Of a DNA stretch of 64,000 nt, positions 24,681-37,759 are shown one piece after another. Each line of letters opens with the position of its first letter. Position 1 is the stretch's first letter. The stretch lies in NCBI RefSeq assembly GCF_009914755.1, contig NC_060932.1; one strand, written 5' to 3'. A program made the position numbers and the translations under genes. Origin of the DNA: the human T2T-CHM13v2.0 reference genome, Homo sapiens. The notes beneath the pieces are model-generated. The model worked only from the letters and a program-made list of their open reading frames with translations, did not search any database and was not told the DNA's origin.

Positions 24681-26295
24681 TGAACATCAATTACTATCTT
24701 AAATGGAAAATAAGAATCACTTGCCATAAGTGAAATGCAAACTTGAAAATAATGTAATGAATAAAGCAAACACAAAACAACAAATAGAAGATGATGTTAG
24801 ATTGTGTTGCCAGTTGAACAGTCTCAGCCTGATGTCTATTCTTTTTTGTCTAATCACTGCATTAAGCCTAAATTGTCTCCCCAGAACAGCAGCGACCCAG
24901 TTCTTTGTCTGGTTTCCAGAAGAACGGAGGGAAAATTCATTTTTTTATACTTTATGACAAGTCAGCTGCCATTATTCTCATCTCTTCAGGATAAAGACAG
25001 TGTTTGGTTTTGCTTAAGAATAAAATACATTCTTTTCTCCTGAGTGTATGAATCCCTTTTATAAACATTTATTCTTTTTTATAACAATAAAGTATTGTGA
25101 CGTATTTGTTACTGAGCACTATTCTAGACATTTAAAATATATTATTTCTAGTATTTTATGCAATACTCCAAGGTATGCCTCAAAGCTCCCATTTTACAGA
25201 TGAGAAAATTGACATGCAGTGCATTTGCATTTGACTAATTTGCCCAAAGTCTCACAGCTGGTTTGTGGCAATGCCAGGATTCCAACTCAGGGCTAATTAC
25301 AAAGCTCAGAGAACTGTTACTATTCCTTATGTAAATTTACCATGGAAATAAAAGCCATAGTAACATAGACTTGCCTGTCTGTATGGAGATAAGTACTTAA
25401 GGTGATTTAAATTTTTCTCTGACTAAATAGAGATGTGTTAGCCTTAACCTAGTGGTATATTAATCTAATCCAAAGAGTTTTATTTTAAGTCTCTTCCTGT
25501 TACTTAAGAGAAATGTAACTAAGCACATTCACCCAACATGAAAGCTCTATTGTTTATCAGTTTCTCTAAAATGTTTCACAATGCTGGTTCAAAAGGGATC
25601 TGAAATCTAGTAGCAAATGAATAAAAACAGATGTTGGGTGCTCTGGAAGTTGGTGCCATCCCTCAACATCAGTCTTTATGACAGTTGCTGGTACTGCTGG
25701 GGACTGGATGAGGCAGATGTTAAAATCAGGGAATACCGAAGGCACGGGTGGCTTAATATCCTTAATTCTCTCCTGTCATGCTCTACTTCATATGCTGTTT
25801 CCCCTGAAATTGCAATGTGCTTTCAGCCTCTCACTCTAACCAGGTCCTGCACACTGCTTTGGAACACCTTCATTTCAAACCTCCGTTAATTTTTTTCCAA
25901 ATATCTGATCATTCAAACCTTCCTTTCTCAATCTAATTACATCAACTTGCCTCCTACTTCACGGAGAAAATACAAGGCACAACTCCCACATCTTACCTGC
26001 ATCTGCATCTGTATTTTCCTCATTCCCTTCTTATACCACAGACAATGGGTCCTTCTTTAAATAAAGCTAACCTTCTTGCATTGTGGATTGAATTCCACTC
26101 TCAGGAATCTTGCTGCACTGATTAGACCCCACTATCCTTATATACCTTCAATTCTTTCCTCTCTTCCAGGTTGTTTCCATCATTTATACATGCCAAAGTC
26201 TCTCTTCCCTCTGCAAACTCTGTTATCTTTCTGGGTTACTCCACCAGCCACATGGCTTTAATTATCATGTCTTTACAAACTATGGTAAGTTTCTA

Positions 26296-26781
26296 TTTCA
26301 TTTATTTATTTATTTATTTATTATACTTTAAGTTCTGGAGTACATGTGCAGAACGTGCAGGTTTGTTACATAGGTATACACATGCCATGGTGGTTTGCTG
26401 CACCCATCAACCCGTCATCTACATTAGATATTTCTCCTAATGCTATCCCTCCCCTAGCCCCCAACCCCTCACAGGCTCCAGTGTGTGATGTTCGCCTCCC
26501 TGTGTCCATGTGTTCTCATGTTCAACTTCCACTTTTGAGCGAGGACATGCGGTGTTTGGTTTTCTGTTCTTGTGTTAGTTTGCTGAGAATGATGGTTTCC
26601 AGTTTCACCCATGTCTCTGCAAAGGACATGAACTCATCCTTTTTTATGGCTGAATAGTATCCCATGGTGTATATGTGCCACATTTTCTTTATCTAGTCTA
26701 TCACTGATAGGAATTTGGGTTGGTTCCAAGTCTTTGCTATTGTGAACAGTGCCGCAATAAACATATGTGTGCCTGTGTCTT
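26296..26781 (-). mobile_element. L1PA (about PA6-8) 3' end, 5'-truncated
   Basis: (TTTA)n tail then 'tatactttaagttctggagtacatgtgcagaacgtgcaggtttgttacataggtatac'. Confidence 0.92.
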
Positions 26782-27067
26782 CAAGACCAGAACTTTCTTA
26801 ACTTCAGACTCATACATCCAACCATCAGCAGGATATCACCAATTAGGGTTCCACCAGTGCCTCGTCTGCTTTCTCTTCTGAGTGTTGCTCATCCTGGTGT
26901 GGCCAACTTCACAATGTCTGAAGCAGGATCTGGAAGAGGAACCTCAACTTCTTCCATCCCTGTCCTCACCATCCGCAGACAGTTATCAACCTGCAGTGAC
27001 TCCTAATGTCTCTCAAATGCCCCCTGTCTAGATATCTCCACTGTCACTACCTTAGCTTAAGGCCCAT

Positions 27068-27454
27068 TGTCTTAGTCTACTTTTTGCAGCAATAATAGAA
27101 TGCCTGAGACTGGGTAAGTTTTAATAAAGAGGAATTTATTTGGCTTATGGTTCTTGAGACTGGGAAGTCTAAGAACATCCTGCTGGCATCTGACAGAGGC
27201 TTTTGTACTGCATCAACATCGCAGAAAGGCAAGCAAGCATGTGAGACAGAGAGAATGGAGGTCTGAACTTAATGCTTTTGTTAAAAACTCGCTACTATGA
27301 AGACTAACTCACTCTCATGATAACAATACTAATCAATTCATGAGGCAGAGCCCTCATCACCTAATCACCTCTTAAAGGTCTTACCCCTTAGTACCGTCAC
27401 AATAACAATTAGATTTCAAAATGAAGTTTTGGAGGGAACATTCAAACCATGGCA
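27068..27454 (-). mobile_element. Solo MaLR LTR (MSTC/MSTD/MLT1A-like) with 5-bp TSD
   Basis: TG...CA ends ('tgtcttagtc...aaaccatggca'); TSD cccat at 27063-27067 and 27455-27459. Confidence 0.9.
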
Positions 27455-27649
27455 CCCATCATCTCTCCTCGTGCCTGGATTACTGCAGTAACTCTCTTGG
27501 GCTCCCTTCAGCCAATCTCATTCTCTCTATTCTATTATCTGTAATGCCATCAGAGTGGTCAGTAGAGAAAACTAACCTGAAAATGTTCTTGCTCTGCTTA
27601 CAACCTGCAAGATAAAAAACTAGTTACTAAGCGTGACGCGGAATTCTTA

Positions 27650-29453
27650 AAAAAAAATTATTTTAAGTTCAGGAGTACATGTGCAGGTTTGTTATATAGA
27701 TAAACGTGTTACAGGGGTTTGTTGTATAGATTATTTTGTCACCCAGGTACTAAGCCTAGCACCCATTAGTTATTTTTCCTGATCCTCTCTCTCATCCTAA
27801 CCTCCACCGTCCAATAGGCCCTAGTGTGTGAGGTCCCCCTCTTTGTGTCCATGTGTTCTCATCATTTAGCTCCCACTTTTAAGTGAGAACATGCAGTATT
27901 TTGGTTTTCTGTTTCTGCATTAGTTTGGTAAGGATAACGGCCTTCAGCTCCATCCAAGTTCCTACAAAGGACATGATCTCATTCTCTTTTATGGCTGCAT
28001 GGTATTCCATGGTGCATATATCCCGCATTTTCTTTATCCGGTCTCCCATTGATGGGCATTTAGGTTGATTCTGTGTCTTTGCTATTATGAACAGTGCTGC
28101 AGTCGACATACATATGCATGTGCCTTTATGATAGAATAATTTGTATTCTTTTCAATAGCTAGCCAGTAATGGGATGGCTGAGTTGAAAGGTAGTTCTGTT
28201 TTTAGTTCTTTCAGGAATCACCACAATGTTTTCCACAATGTTTGAACTAATTTACACTCCCACCAACAGTGTTTAAGTGTTCTTTTTCTCCACAACCTAG
28301 CCAGCATCTGTAATTTTTTGACTTTTTTTTTTTTTATCATAGCCATTGTGACTGGTGTGAGATGGTGTCTCATTGTGGTTTTGATTTGCATTTCTCTAAT
28401 GATCAGTGATGTTGAGATTTTTTCATATGCTTGCTGGCTGCATGTATGTCTTCTTTTTTAAAGTGTCTGCTCATGTCTCTTGCCTACTTTTTAATGGGTT
28501 TTTTTCTTCTTCTAAATTTGTTTAGGTTCCTAATAGATGCTGGATATTAGACCTTTTTTCATATGCATAGTTTGTGAATATTTTCTCACATTCTGTAGGT
28601 TGTCTGTTTATTTTGTTGATAGTTTCTTTTGCTGTGAAGAAATCCTTTAGTTTAATTAGATCACATTTCTCAATTTTGTTGTGATTGCTTTTGCCTGTTC
28701 CTATGTCCAGAATGGTATTGCCTAAGTTGTCTTCCAGGGTTTTTATACTTTTGGGTTTTACATTTAAGTCTTTACTCCATGTTGAGTTGATTTTTGTATA
28801 TGGTATAAGGCAGGGATCTAGTTTTAATCTTCTGCATATGGATAGCCATTTATCCCTGCACCATTTATTGAATAGGGAGTTCTTTCCCCATTGCTTGTTT
28901 TTGTTAGCTTTATCAAAGATCAGATAGTTATAGATGTGTGGCCTTATTTCTGTGCTCTCTCTTCTGTTCCATTGGTCTATGTGTCTGTTTTTGTATTACT
29001 ACCATGCTGTTTTGGTTACTGTAGCCCTATAGTATAGTTTGAAGTTGGGTAGCATGATGCCTTCAGCTTCATTATTTTTGCTTAGGATCTCCTTAGTTAT
29101 TTGGGCTCTCTTTTGGTTCTATATGAATTTTATAATGGTTTTTTCTAGTTCTGTAGAGAATTTCAGTAGCTTAATAGGAATAGCATTGAATTTATATATT
29201 TCTTTGTGCAGTATGGGCACTTTAATTATATTGATTCTTCCGATTCATGAGCATGGAATATTTTTTTTCATTTGTTTGTGTCAGCTTTGATTTCGTGGAT
29301 CAGTGTTTTGTAGTTTTCCTTGTAGAGACCTTTCGGCTCCCTGATTAGCTGTATTCCTTGATATTTTATTCTTTTTGTGGCAACTGTGAATGGGATTTCA
29401 TTTCTGATTTCGCTCTTGGCTTGGATACTATTAATGTACAGGAATGCTACTGA
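27650..29453 (-). mobile_element. L1PA (about PA13-16) 3' portion, 5'-truncated
   Basis: 3'UTR 'gattattttgtcacccaggtactaagcctag'; ORF 27879..28109 (AALFIIAKTQNQPKCPSM) is the ORF2 C-terminus. Confidence 0.92.
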
Positions 29454-29855
29454 TGCCAGAGTTAAATCTTAGCTGAATCATAAGTCTGTGACATAAGAAA
29501 GCTGCTTCACCTCTTTGTGCTTCAGTCTTTTCAGCTTAAAATAGAGATAAGAATAATCCCCATATCCAAGATTGTTTTATAGATTATGGTAATACAGGGA
29601 AAATATTCAGCAAGTGTCTGTAACCTACTAAGTGCTTAATAAGCATTAGTTATTATTATTGTTTCATAATGTAGCATGAGATTCTTCTTAGTGCTCATCT
29701 CTAAGCCTGGTTTTTGTCTTATATTGTCATCATGAGCTCCTGTATGTCAAGAAAAAGAAAATATTTTCCTCTCCCTAAAACCTCACCATATATCTGTCTA
29801 TCTATTCATTTCAATGTGCCAGGAATTCCTTAAAAGACTATGAATGAATAAGTCA

Positions 29856-30715
29856 TTTTTTGTTGTATGTAAAAAAAGACAAAAGTGCAGTTTTCTTATA
29901 TGGATATGTTGCATAGTGGTGAAGTCTGAGCTTTTAGTGTAAACATCATTCAAATAATGTGAATTGTACCCACTAGGCAATTTCTCATCTTTCATCCCCC
30001 TTATAACTTTCCACCCTTCTGAGTCTCCAGTGTCTTTTATTCCATACTCTATGTCCATGTGTACACATAATTCAGCTCCCATTTATAAGTGAGAACATGT
30101 GGTATTTGACTTAGTGTTTCTGAGTTATTTTGCCTAGGATAATGGCCTCCAGTTCTATCTATGTTGCTGCAAAAGACATGATCTCATTCTTTTTTATGGC
30201 TGAGTAGTATTCCATATATAAAAATATATATCCAATCATCCACTGATGGACACTCAGGTTGATTCCATATCTTTATATCCTTGCTATTGTGAATAGTGTT
30301 ATAATAAACATATAAGTGCTGGTATCTGTTTTATATAATGGTTTATTTTCTTTTGGGTAGATACCTAGTAGTGGGATTGCTAGATCAAATGCTAGTCCTA
30401 TTTTTAGTTCTTTGAAAAATCGCCATACTGTTTTTCATAGAGCTTGTACTAATCTACATTAGTACCAACAGTGTATCAGCATTCCCTTTTCTATGCATCC
30501 TGCCAACATCTGTTATTTTTCATCTTTTTCATAATAGCCATTTTGACTGATGTGAGAGAGTATCTCATTGTGGTTTTGATTTACATTTCTCTGATGATTA
30601 AGTATGTTGAGCATTTTTTCATATGCTTCTTGGCCATCTGTATGTCTTCTTCTGAAAAATGTCTATTCATGTCCTCTGCCCACTTTGTACTAGAGTTTTT
30701 AGTTGTTGTTGTGGA
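29856..30715 (-). mobile_element. L1PB4/L1MA-like 3' end; non-inverted part of a 5'-inverted L1
   Basis: 'aagtgcagttttc...gcatagtggtgaagtctgagcttttagtgta'; ORF 30581..30808 includes [26 protein letters not shown]. Confidence 0.9.
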
Positions 30716-30720
30716 TGATG

Positions 30721-31265
30721 TTGCCAAAGAAACCTTAAGCAAAAAGAACAAAGCTAGAGGCGTCACATTTCCTGACTTCAAATTATAGTACAAGGCTACA
30801 GTAACCAAAACAGCATGGTACTTGTGAATACAGCTAACTGATGCTTGACAAAGATGGCAAAAACATACACCAAGGAAAGGACACTCTTTCCAATAAATTG
30901 TGCTGAGAAAATTGAATTGTCATGTGCAGAAGAATGAAACTGAACCCCTATCTCTCACCGTATACAATAATCAACTCTAGATAAATTAAAGACTTAGCCT
31001 AAAACTATAAAAATAGTAAAAGAAAACCTAGGGAAAAGTCTTCTGAATGTTAATCTAGGCAAAACATTTTTAAACTGAGACCCGAAAGACAAATGCAACA
31101 ACGACAACAAAAATAGATTAGATAAATGGGACATAAACTACAAAGCTTCTGAAAAGCAAAAGAAATTACAATAGAGTAAACAGAAAACCTATAGAATAGT
31201 AGAAAATATTTGCAGACTATGCATCTGACAAGGTATGAATATGAATATCCAGTATCTACAAAAAA
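30721..31265 (+). mobile_element. Inverted L1 ORF2 segment of the same insertion
   Basis: Plus-strand [21 protein letters not shown], continuing to 'gcatctgacaagg...atccagtatctacaa'. Confidence 0.9.
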
Positions 31266-33884
31266 TATGACTTATACTCTCCAGTGACTCCCAGAATAAC
31301 AGAGGTAGGAAGGCACATATTCAAGTAGCATATAACAGTATGAAATTTGCTTCAATTTAGGTGCTCCATATGACAATTTCATATTCATTCTTCAAAAGGG
31401 GTAAATGGGAATATCACCTCATATCTGAAGTCTTATTTGATTTTCCCATGAGAAAATATTTTTCTGTTTTCAGCTGTAACCATTTTCTTAGCTTCTCACT
31501 GTGACCACAATATTTTGTAATTACTCATATTAAATAAAGGGCCATTTGAAGACTGAGCAGTAGTGTTTTGTTTGCTCATTTGTTTTTTTACCCTTTTGTA
31601 GGGCTTTAAGATTTTGGACAGTGCCAGGAATACAGGAGACTGTCAGATGCTGGATGACAGAGGAAGAGAGAGAAGGATGGACGGAGAGTTGGATGGGGGA
31701 AGGAAGGGAGGGGATGGTTGGCTGGATAAATGACTCCAGGGGAAACACAGAGGAAGAAAACATAAATTCTGATTTCAGGATAGGGAAGTCTATACATGGT
31801 GTGGGAAGGCTGGTGGTGGGAAATGCATTCATTCTAGGCAGACAAAAAGCATGAATTAAAGCACAGAGGCATGGGGTTGAATGATATATCAACTGAGTGG
31901 TGAGTAGATCAGTGCAAACAGAGTTGGGACTGGAAGCTGGAGGGGAAAGTCAGAGTGAAAAATAAAATAGGTTTCAGACTATAAAGGACCTTGGAAACCA
32001 ACATAATGAATTTGGTTCTTCAAACCAGAGCAGTTCCTCAATGGGTGAACTTGCTTGTCTTTCTATAATGGTTAACCATTATTGAAGACATTATTTTTTT
32101 TTACTTTCAGCTAAGTATCAAGTACTTGATTAAAACCGAGAGCAGGAAGACAGCTTCAGTGGTTTTTCCAGAGGGCCTAAATCACAGAGTTTTGGAATCT
32201 CTCAATTTAAAAGGAAATTGAAATCGCTTCAATACTCATTCAGGCTGAAACTACTTTTAGAATTTCCAAGAAGAACAATTGAAAACACAAATCTGTCTCC
32301 TAACAATGCTCTGGCTTTGGGATTCTTTCTGTCTTCTTTTCTGTTGAATGAGACAAAATTGAAGGAATAATAATACCTGACATGCCCTTATATTACATTT
32401 GTAGAGCACTCTTACAAAAATGATCTCATATGATCTTCATAAAAACCGTGTAAGCTAAGCACTATTATCTTCATTCAGCAGCAAGCAAATAGGCCAGAAA
32501 TAGCAAGGCAGGCAATTCTTGATTATCTCACCTCTCTTTTTCCTTAACCTTCCCAGCTGGGTAAGGTCTGAGGATTTCTGCAAGTAGATAAAGGCCCCCT
32601 CAGATGCACAAATCAATCCCTAAAGAGGCAGAAAGAAGGTGAGGGGCTATGTAATGGGTTGAAAATCTGCTCTGTTGAACACTTTCCATGATTATGATTA
32701 TCTAATCCCATCACCACTCCTGGACTTAACTATAATTGTGCCTACTTTGTAGAAAAGGACAAACAAAGCTCAGAAAGGTTAATAAATTTGTTTACGTTAG
32801 CCCAGCTGCAAAATAGTAGGACCAGATTTCATCTCTATTTGTGGCTTCCAACACACACTCCCTTTCGTCACCTCACACTGAGATGATGTTAGATTGTGGC
32901 CTCAGCCTGCAGACTGCCATGTTTTACCACTGATCAGCCTTATGACCTTGATACTGGCTTTATAATTTTGAGAAGCTGCTTCAAGTTCTCATATTTAAAA
33001 TGAAGATTCTATTAGCACTTCCCTCTAAGAGTTTCTCTATAGATGATAAAAATATGACAACACATAAAGTGCCTAACCAGTTCCTATTCCCAACACACTA
33101 GGTAAGTGTCGTCTATAGTTATCAAGTATCTTATGAGTCTTATAATTAATTCCCTTCCCCAGACCCACATCTGATCTCCTGACGCAGAAACAATTTGTTT
33201 CTCTTGTGCTAGGTCACAGTTGTCAAACAGACTTGACACTAGAATCTCAGAATGAATCAACTGGGAGCCCACTTGGTTTCTAATCAGGTTTTCCTACAAC
33301 TCTCATTGTATCAGCCCAATCTGAAGGCCAGAATTTACCACTGGGATTTTTTTTTTTGCTTGTCCTCCAGTCCCCCGAACCCTAGCTCATTGGATTAGAG
33401 CTCAACTAGCATCCCTTACACAGAATGATGTCCTAATGTCCTGTCCCTAGCATGCTGGCCAGTGTTCCTCTTCCTTTACGTATCCTTGGAAGAATAAGTC
33501 CTGCCCTGTGCAGCATTTACATTACTGAAGATTGACCCTGTTCTTTCCTGGCTTGCTCCTCTTCTCTGTTGGGATTTTACATCAAACATTTACTATATGT
33601 CAGGAAGTAGAAGATGTCACAGAAAAACAACTTCAATCACCCAAACATGGTTGATGTCCTTAGAGGGAGTAGCCAGACTTTAAGTAGTCAATTACACAAA
33701 TAATTATTTGATTATAGTTGAGAAAATTGATTAGAGGAAAGATAGAGGATGCTTTGAAAAAATATAACCAGAAGACTCCATCTACTCCATCTACTCTGAG
33801 GGTTCAGAGAAGGATTCTTGAGGAATTGAAAACATTAGTGATCCATGACTCTCAAGGATGTAGTTTTGCTTATTATGTATTCAG

Positions 33885-34577
33885 GTATAGTATGTGTATG
33901 TGTATGTGTGTATACATATGTATATATGTGTGTATATATACATATTTATATATACACACATAAATATATACATATTTATATATACACACATAAATATATA
34001 CATATTTATATATACACACATAAATATATACATATTTATATATACACACATAAATATATACATATTTATATATATACACACATAAATATATACATATTTA
34101 TATATATACACACATATAAATATATACATATTTATATATATACACACATATAAATATATACATATTTATATATACACATAAATATATACATATTTATATA
34201 TACACATATATACATATTTATATATACACATAAATATATACATATTTATATATACACATAAATATATACATATTTATATATACACATAAATATATACATA
34301 TTTATATATACACACATAAATATATACATATTTATATATACACACATAAATATATACATATTTATATATACACACATAAATATATACATATTTATATATA
34401 CACACATAAATATATACATATTTATATATATACACATAAATATATACATATTTATATATACACATATGTGTATATATATACACACATACACACATACACA
34501 CATATACACACACGTATATATATACACATATATATGTGTATATATACACACATACACACATACACACACATATATAA
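33885..34577. repeat. AT-rich minisatellite (28-32 bp unit, ~TAAATATATACATATTTATATATACACACA) with (TG)/(CA)/(TA) flanks
   Basis: Directly visible tandem array. Confidence 0.97.
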
Positions 34578-34914
34578 TTCCAATTATATACTGCTACTAT
34601 GTGGTTTGAAAAGAATGGAGGAAAGAGTTAACCATTTCTCAAAGCTGTGATACATTTCTCAAAGCTGTGATACATTTTCCAATTTACACCAGTGATTTTT
34701 ATAACATGCTTACAAGAAATTTTATTGAGTATACATCTGACACTTTGCTAAACACATTGCATTAATCTTATTTTCTGTTTGATTAAAGTCATGAGTAATA
34801 AGCGCACATAATTTTCAGGCACTTTTCTTGGTTCTCAATAAAGAAATGCTTTAAGACACAGTCTCTGCCTTAAAAGCGCTTACAGTGGAATCATCCTCAC
34901 TGCAAATCTGAATT

Positions 34915-36180
34915 GTGTATCAGTCTAGGTGGGCTAGGATGTGGTGTTTTAATGTATTGGTTTCCCATACCTTCATCACAAATGCACAAAATGAGCAGCT
35001 TAAAAGTCACCTATTAGTTCATAGCTTATTAGCTCATAGACCAGAAATATTCATGAGCATTAGTTCTCTCTGTATGGTCTCACAAGGCTTAAATAGAAGT
35101 GTCTGGCAGGTGGGGCACCTGTCTGGAGTTTTTGGGAAAGAATTCGCTTCCAAGCTCATTTGAGTTGTTGGCTGATGACAACTTGCTGACTGTTTGTTTG
35201 GGGGCACTCTCTGCTCCTAGAAGCCATTCTCAGGTCTTTCCGTATGATCCCTCCCATCTCAGCAGCAAAAATCTCCCTTGCACTGAATGCCCCTCACACT
35301 TGAAAACTAATTTCTTCTGCCACCAGCCAGAGACAACTCTCTTAAAGGACTCATGCAGTTAGATTAGGCCCACCCAGGTAATCTCCTTATCAGTTATTTA
35401 TAGTCTTAATTACATCTGCAAAATCCCTTTTGCCGTGTAAAGGACTGGGAGTAACACCAGGGAGAAAAGGTAATGAGACCACCTTGAATTTTTCCTACCA
35501 TGTGTGACAAACAGCCCTGCAATTTCAGTGGTTGAAGAAATAGAGGCTAATTTTTCGCTTATGAACAAAGTTCATAATGGTTTGGCTCTAACCCTGTTCT
35601 GCAATGCCCTCCCTCTAAGAAGCAGACTGATGGAACAGCCACTGTCTAGAACATCACCAGATGCACAGCAGTGGGACACAGAGTGAGAAGATGGATCGCA
35701 TGCCAGCCTTTAACACTCTGCCCAGAAGGAATCTATATAGCCTGATCACATTCCATTCACCAAAGAAAGTTACATGGCCAGAATTACATCCAAGAAGCCA
35801 AGGATGTACAATCCTACCTTCTGTCTGGAAAAAGAGGGACCCAGAAATATTTGGGAGACACAATTAATAAGCTACATAGTTCCTCTTTTCATTGCCAAAT
35901 ATTTGGCTCACTTTCCATCTAGCATACAAAATATACTCACCCTTCCTTCCCTCCAAGGATGCAACCCCAGAATCCCATTTAGTTGCACATCAAATCAAAC
36001 TTCAGAGTTTAGGGCTGTGCAGGAGTCTCTCCATGAAGGAGTAAGCATGATATTCTCTGTAGCAGGTCTAAAGCCACCCTTAGTGTTGTTGTCCTCATTT
36101 GCCAGAGAAGCCTCATTTGGCTTCAAAAAACTAAGTCACATGATCTAAGTCAAGCAACCAATAAATGATGTCCCTTATTG
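34915..36180 (-). mobile_element. Nested MLT1-family LTRs (one at ~34952-35500 inside another at ~34915-35880) followed by probable MLT-internal sequence
   Basis: Two LTR starts ('tgtatcagtctagg', 'tgtattggtttccc'); 'gattaggcccacccaggtaatctcc', 'taattacatctgcaaaatccctttt'; outer LTR resumes at 'gtgacaaacagccctgcaatttcagtgg'. Confidence 0.65.
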
Positions 36181-37706
36181 AATGTCACTTTTTGAAGTGA
36201 TTTCACCTATTAAATGCCAGGATTTAAATATAGGTCTCTCTCTTCACAACAGCCTCATTCCTTTACTCCCAATTGACAGAAGAGGAAGCGATATGGGGGA
36301 TGCAGCTTGCCTTCTAAGATCATTAGTCCAGGTGGGAGCCAAACACATAAAAAAAAGCCATCCCACTTTGTGGTCAAAACTGCAATAGACCTCAGCAGAG
36401 TACTGTGAGGGTGACAGGAACATCAGGGGACATCGTGCCCCACCTACAGGTTGGGGGTGAGAGAGGGTGATTGAACACATTCCTGAATAATGAGAAGTTT
36501 CCCAGGTAGGCAAGAGAAAAGAAGGAATTCCAGAAATAAGAAAGGGAATGGCATGTACAAAGAACAAGAGGAAGGAGTGGGTGGTGATCCCTGGGGAGTC
36601 TGGATTCATGTATGATGAGACACAGCTTGAAATGGGTGTTGGCTAGTAATAACTGTAAAGGGCTGTGTGTGCTTTGCTGAGGAATCTAGACTTTATCTTG
36701 TGGCAGTCCCAGAATTTAAGAAAGATACTCTCTTAATCCAGACCTTCCAAGAAAGAGATGTCAAAATTCAATTACACATGCCATCATCTAATTAGGAAGA
36801 ATGCCTATGAGATAAAAATGGGGAGGGAACCATGGAAAGCAGAGAGAGTGTCACACCTAGTGGATGAAGGATGGAGAGAAGGTTGGGTGGAAGTGTTCTG
36901 GAGTTCTAAAATCAACCAAAAATGTCTCAAAGTGAGAAATTATGAAATAATAGTATAGGCATATTTAAAAATAAGTAACTATTAGAAAAAATGCAAAGAA
37001 AGTTCAAGAAATTAAAAGTGCTTAACTATGTGGAGCTGGATGGGGGTGGAAAGTGTGGGGCAGTGAGTTCTTGCTCACTACTACCCATGGTGTGTGTGTA
37101 TGTATAATTAAAAACTGTGTTCTTTTTCTAACCTGCAAAGAAGAGGATGGATTTGAGGTGTTTTGTACATGAGGCAGCCTCTGCATGAGACACCTAGCCA
37201 TTTCTCCTTGGGCCATTTTCCATTTCCCAGAGCTGCTTGGGGCTTTATGAACTATGTAAAAGAACCTGTTTGATGGAAACTTTCCGGCCGTGCCTATTAA
37301 CCAGTGACCTTTCTTCTCGATGAATCCTCACCTGTTTCAGCCTCTGTGCTGTTTGGGGAAGAAGAGAAAACACCTGAAGTGGCTTTCAAAGGAAGGATGA
37401 TAAACCTGTACTAAAACTGGCACTAGGGGAGAGTGCGTGGGCCTCGACAATGTGTACTGAAGTGAATGAGCTGGTCCCCTGAGAGATAAATAAGGGGGTT
37501 TTTAGGAGAATTGACAGTGGGAAAAAAAAATATCTTAAGGAGCAAAAAGTAGCTACACAAAAGAGAATGGAAATAGATTATCTGATAAAACAAATGGCCA
37601 GAACAGGTTAAGGGAGAGCCCAGAGCTGCAGCACTGTTCCAAGATAAAATTATTACCAGACATGCTATATAGACCCAGACCTCTCTCTCATCTTCATATG
37701 TGTGCA

Positions 37707-37758
<52 letters not shown>
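37707..37758. repeat. (CA)n microsatellite, ~24 units
   Basis: Directly visible. Confidence 0.98.

Positions 37759-37759
<1 letters not shown>

Larger units (their letters stand above)
25700..27620 (+). mobile_element. L2 fragments interrupted by an L1PA and an MST/MLT1A LTR
   Basis: Pyrimidine-rich L2 sense motifs such as 'catcatctctcctcgtgcctggattactgcagtaactctc'. Confidence 0.6.

Noticed and set aside
32090-32130. Strong-looking splice acceptor (tttactttcag) beside a 14-bp palindrome atcaagtacttgat; similar acceptor at ~41463
   Set aside because: No supporting reading frame or convincing exon; such motifs are common in AT-rich DNA and cannot be called without transcript data.
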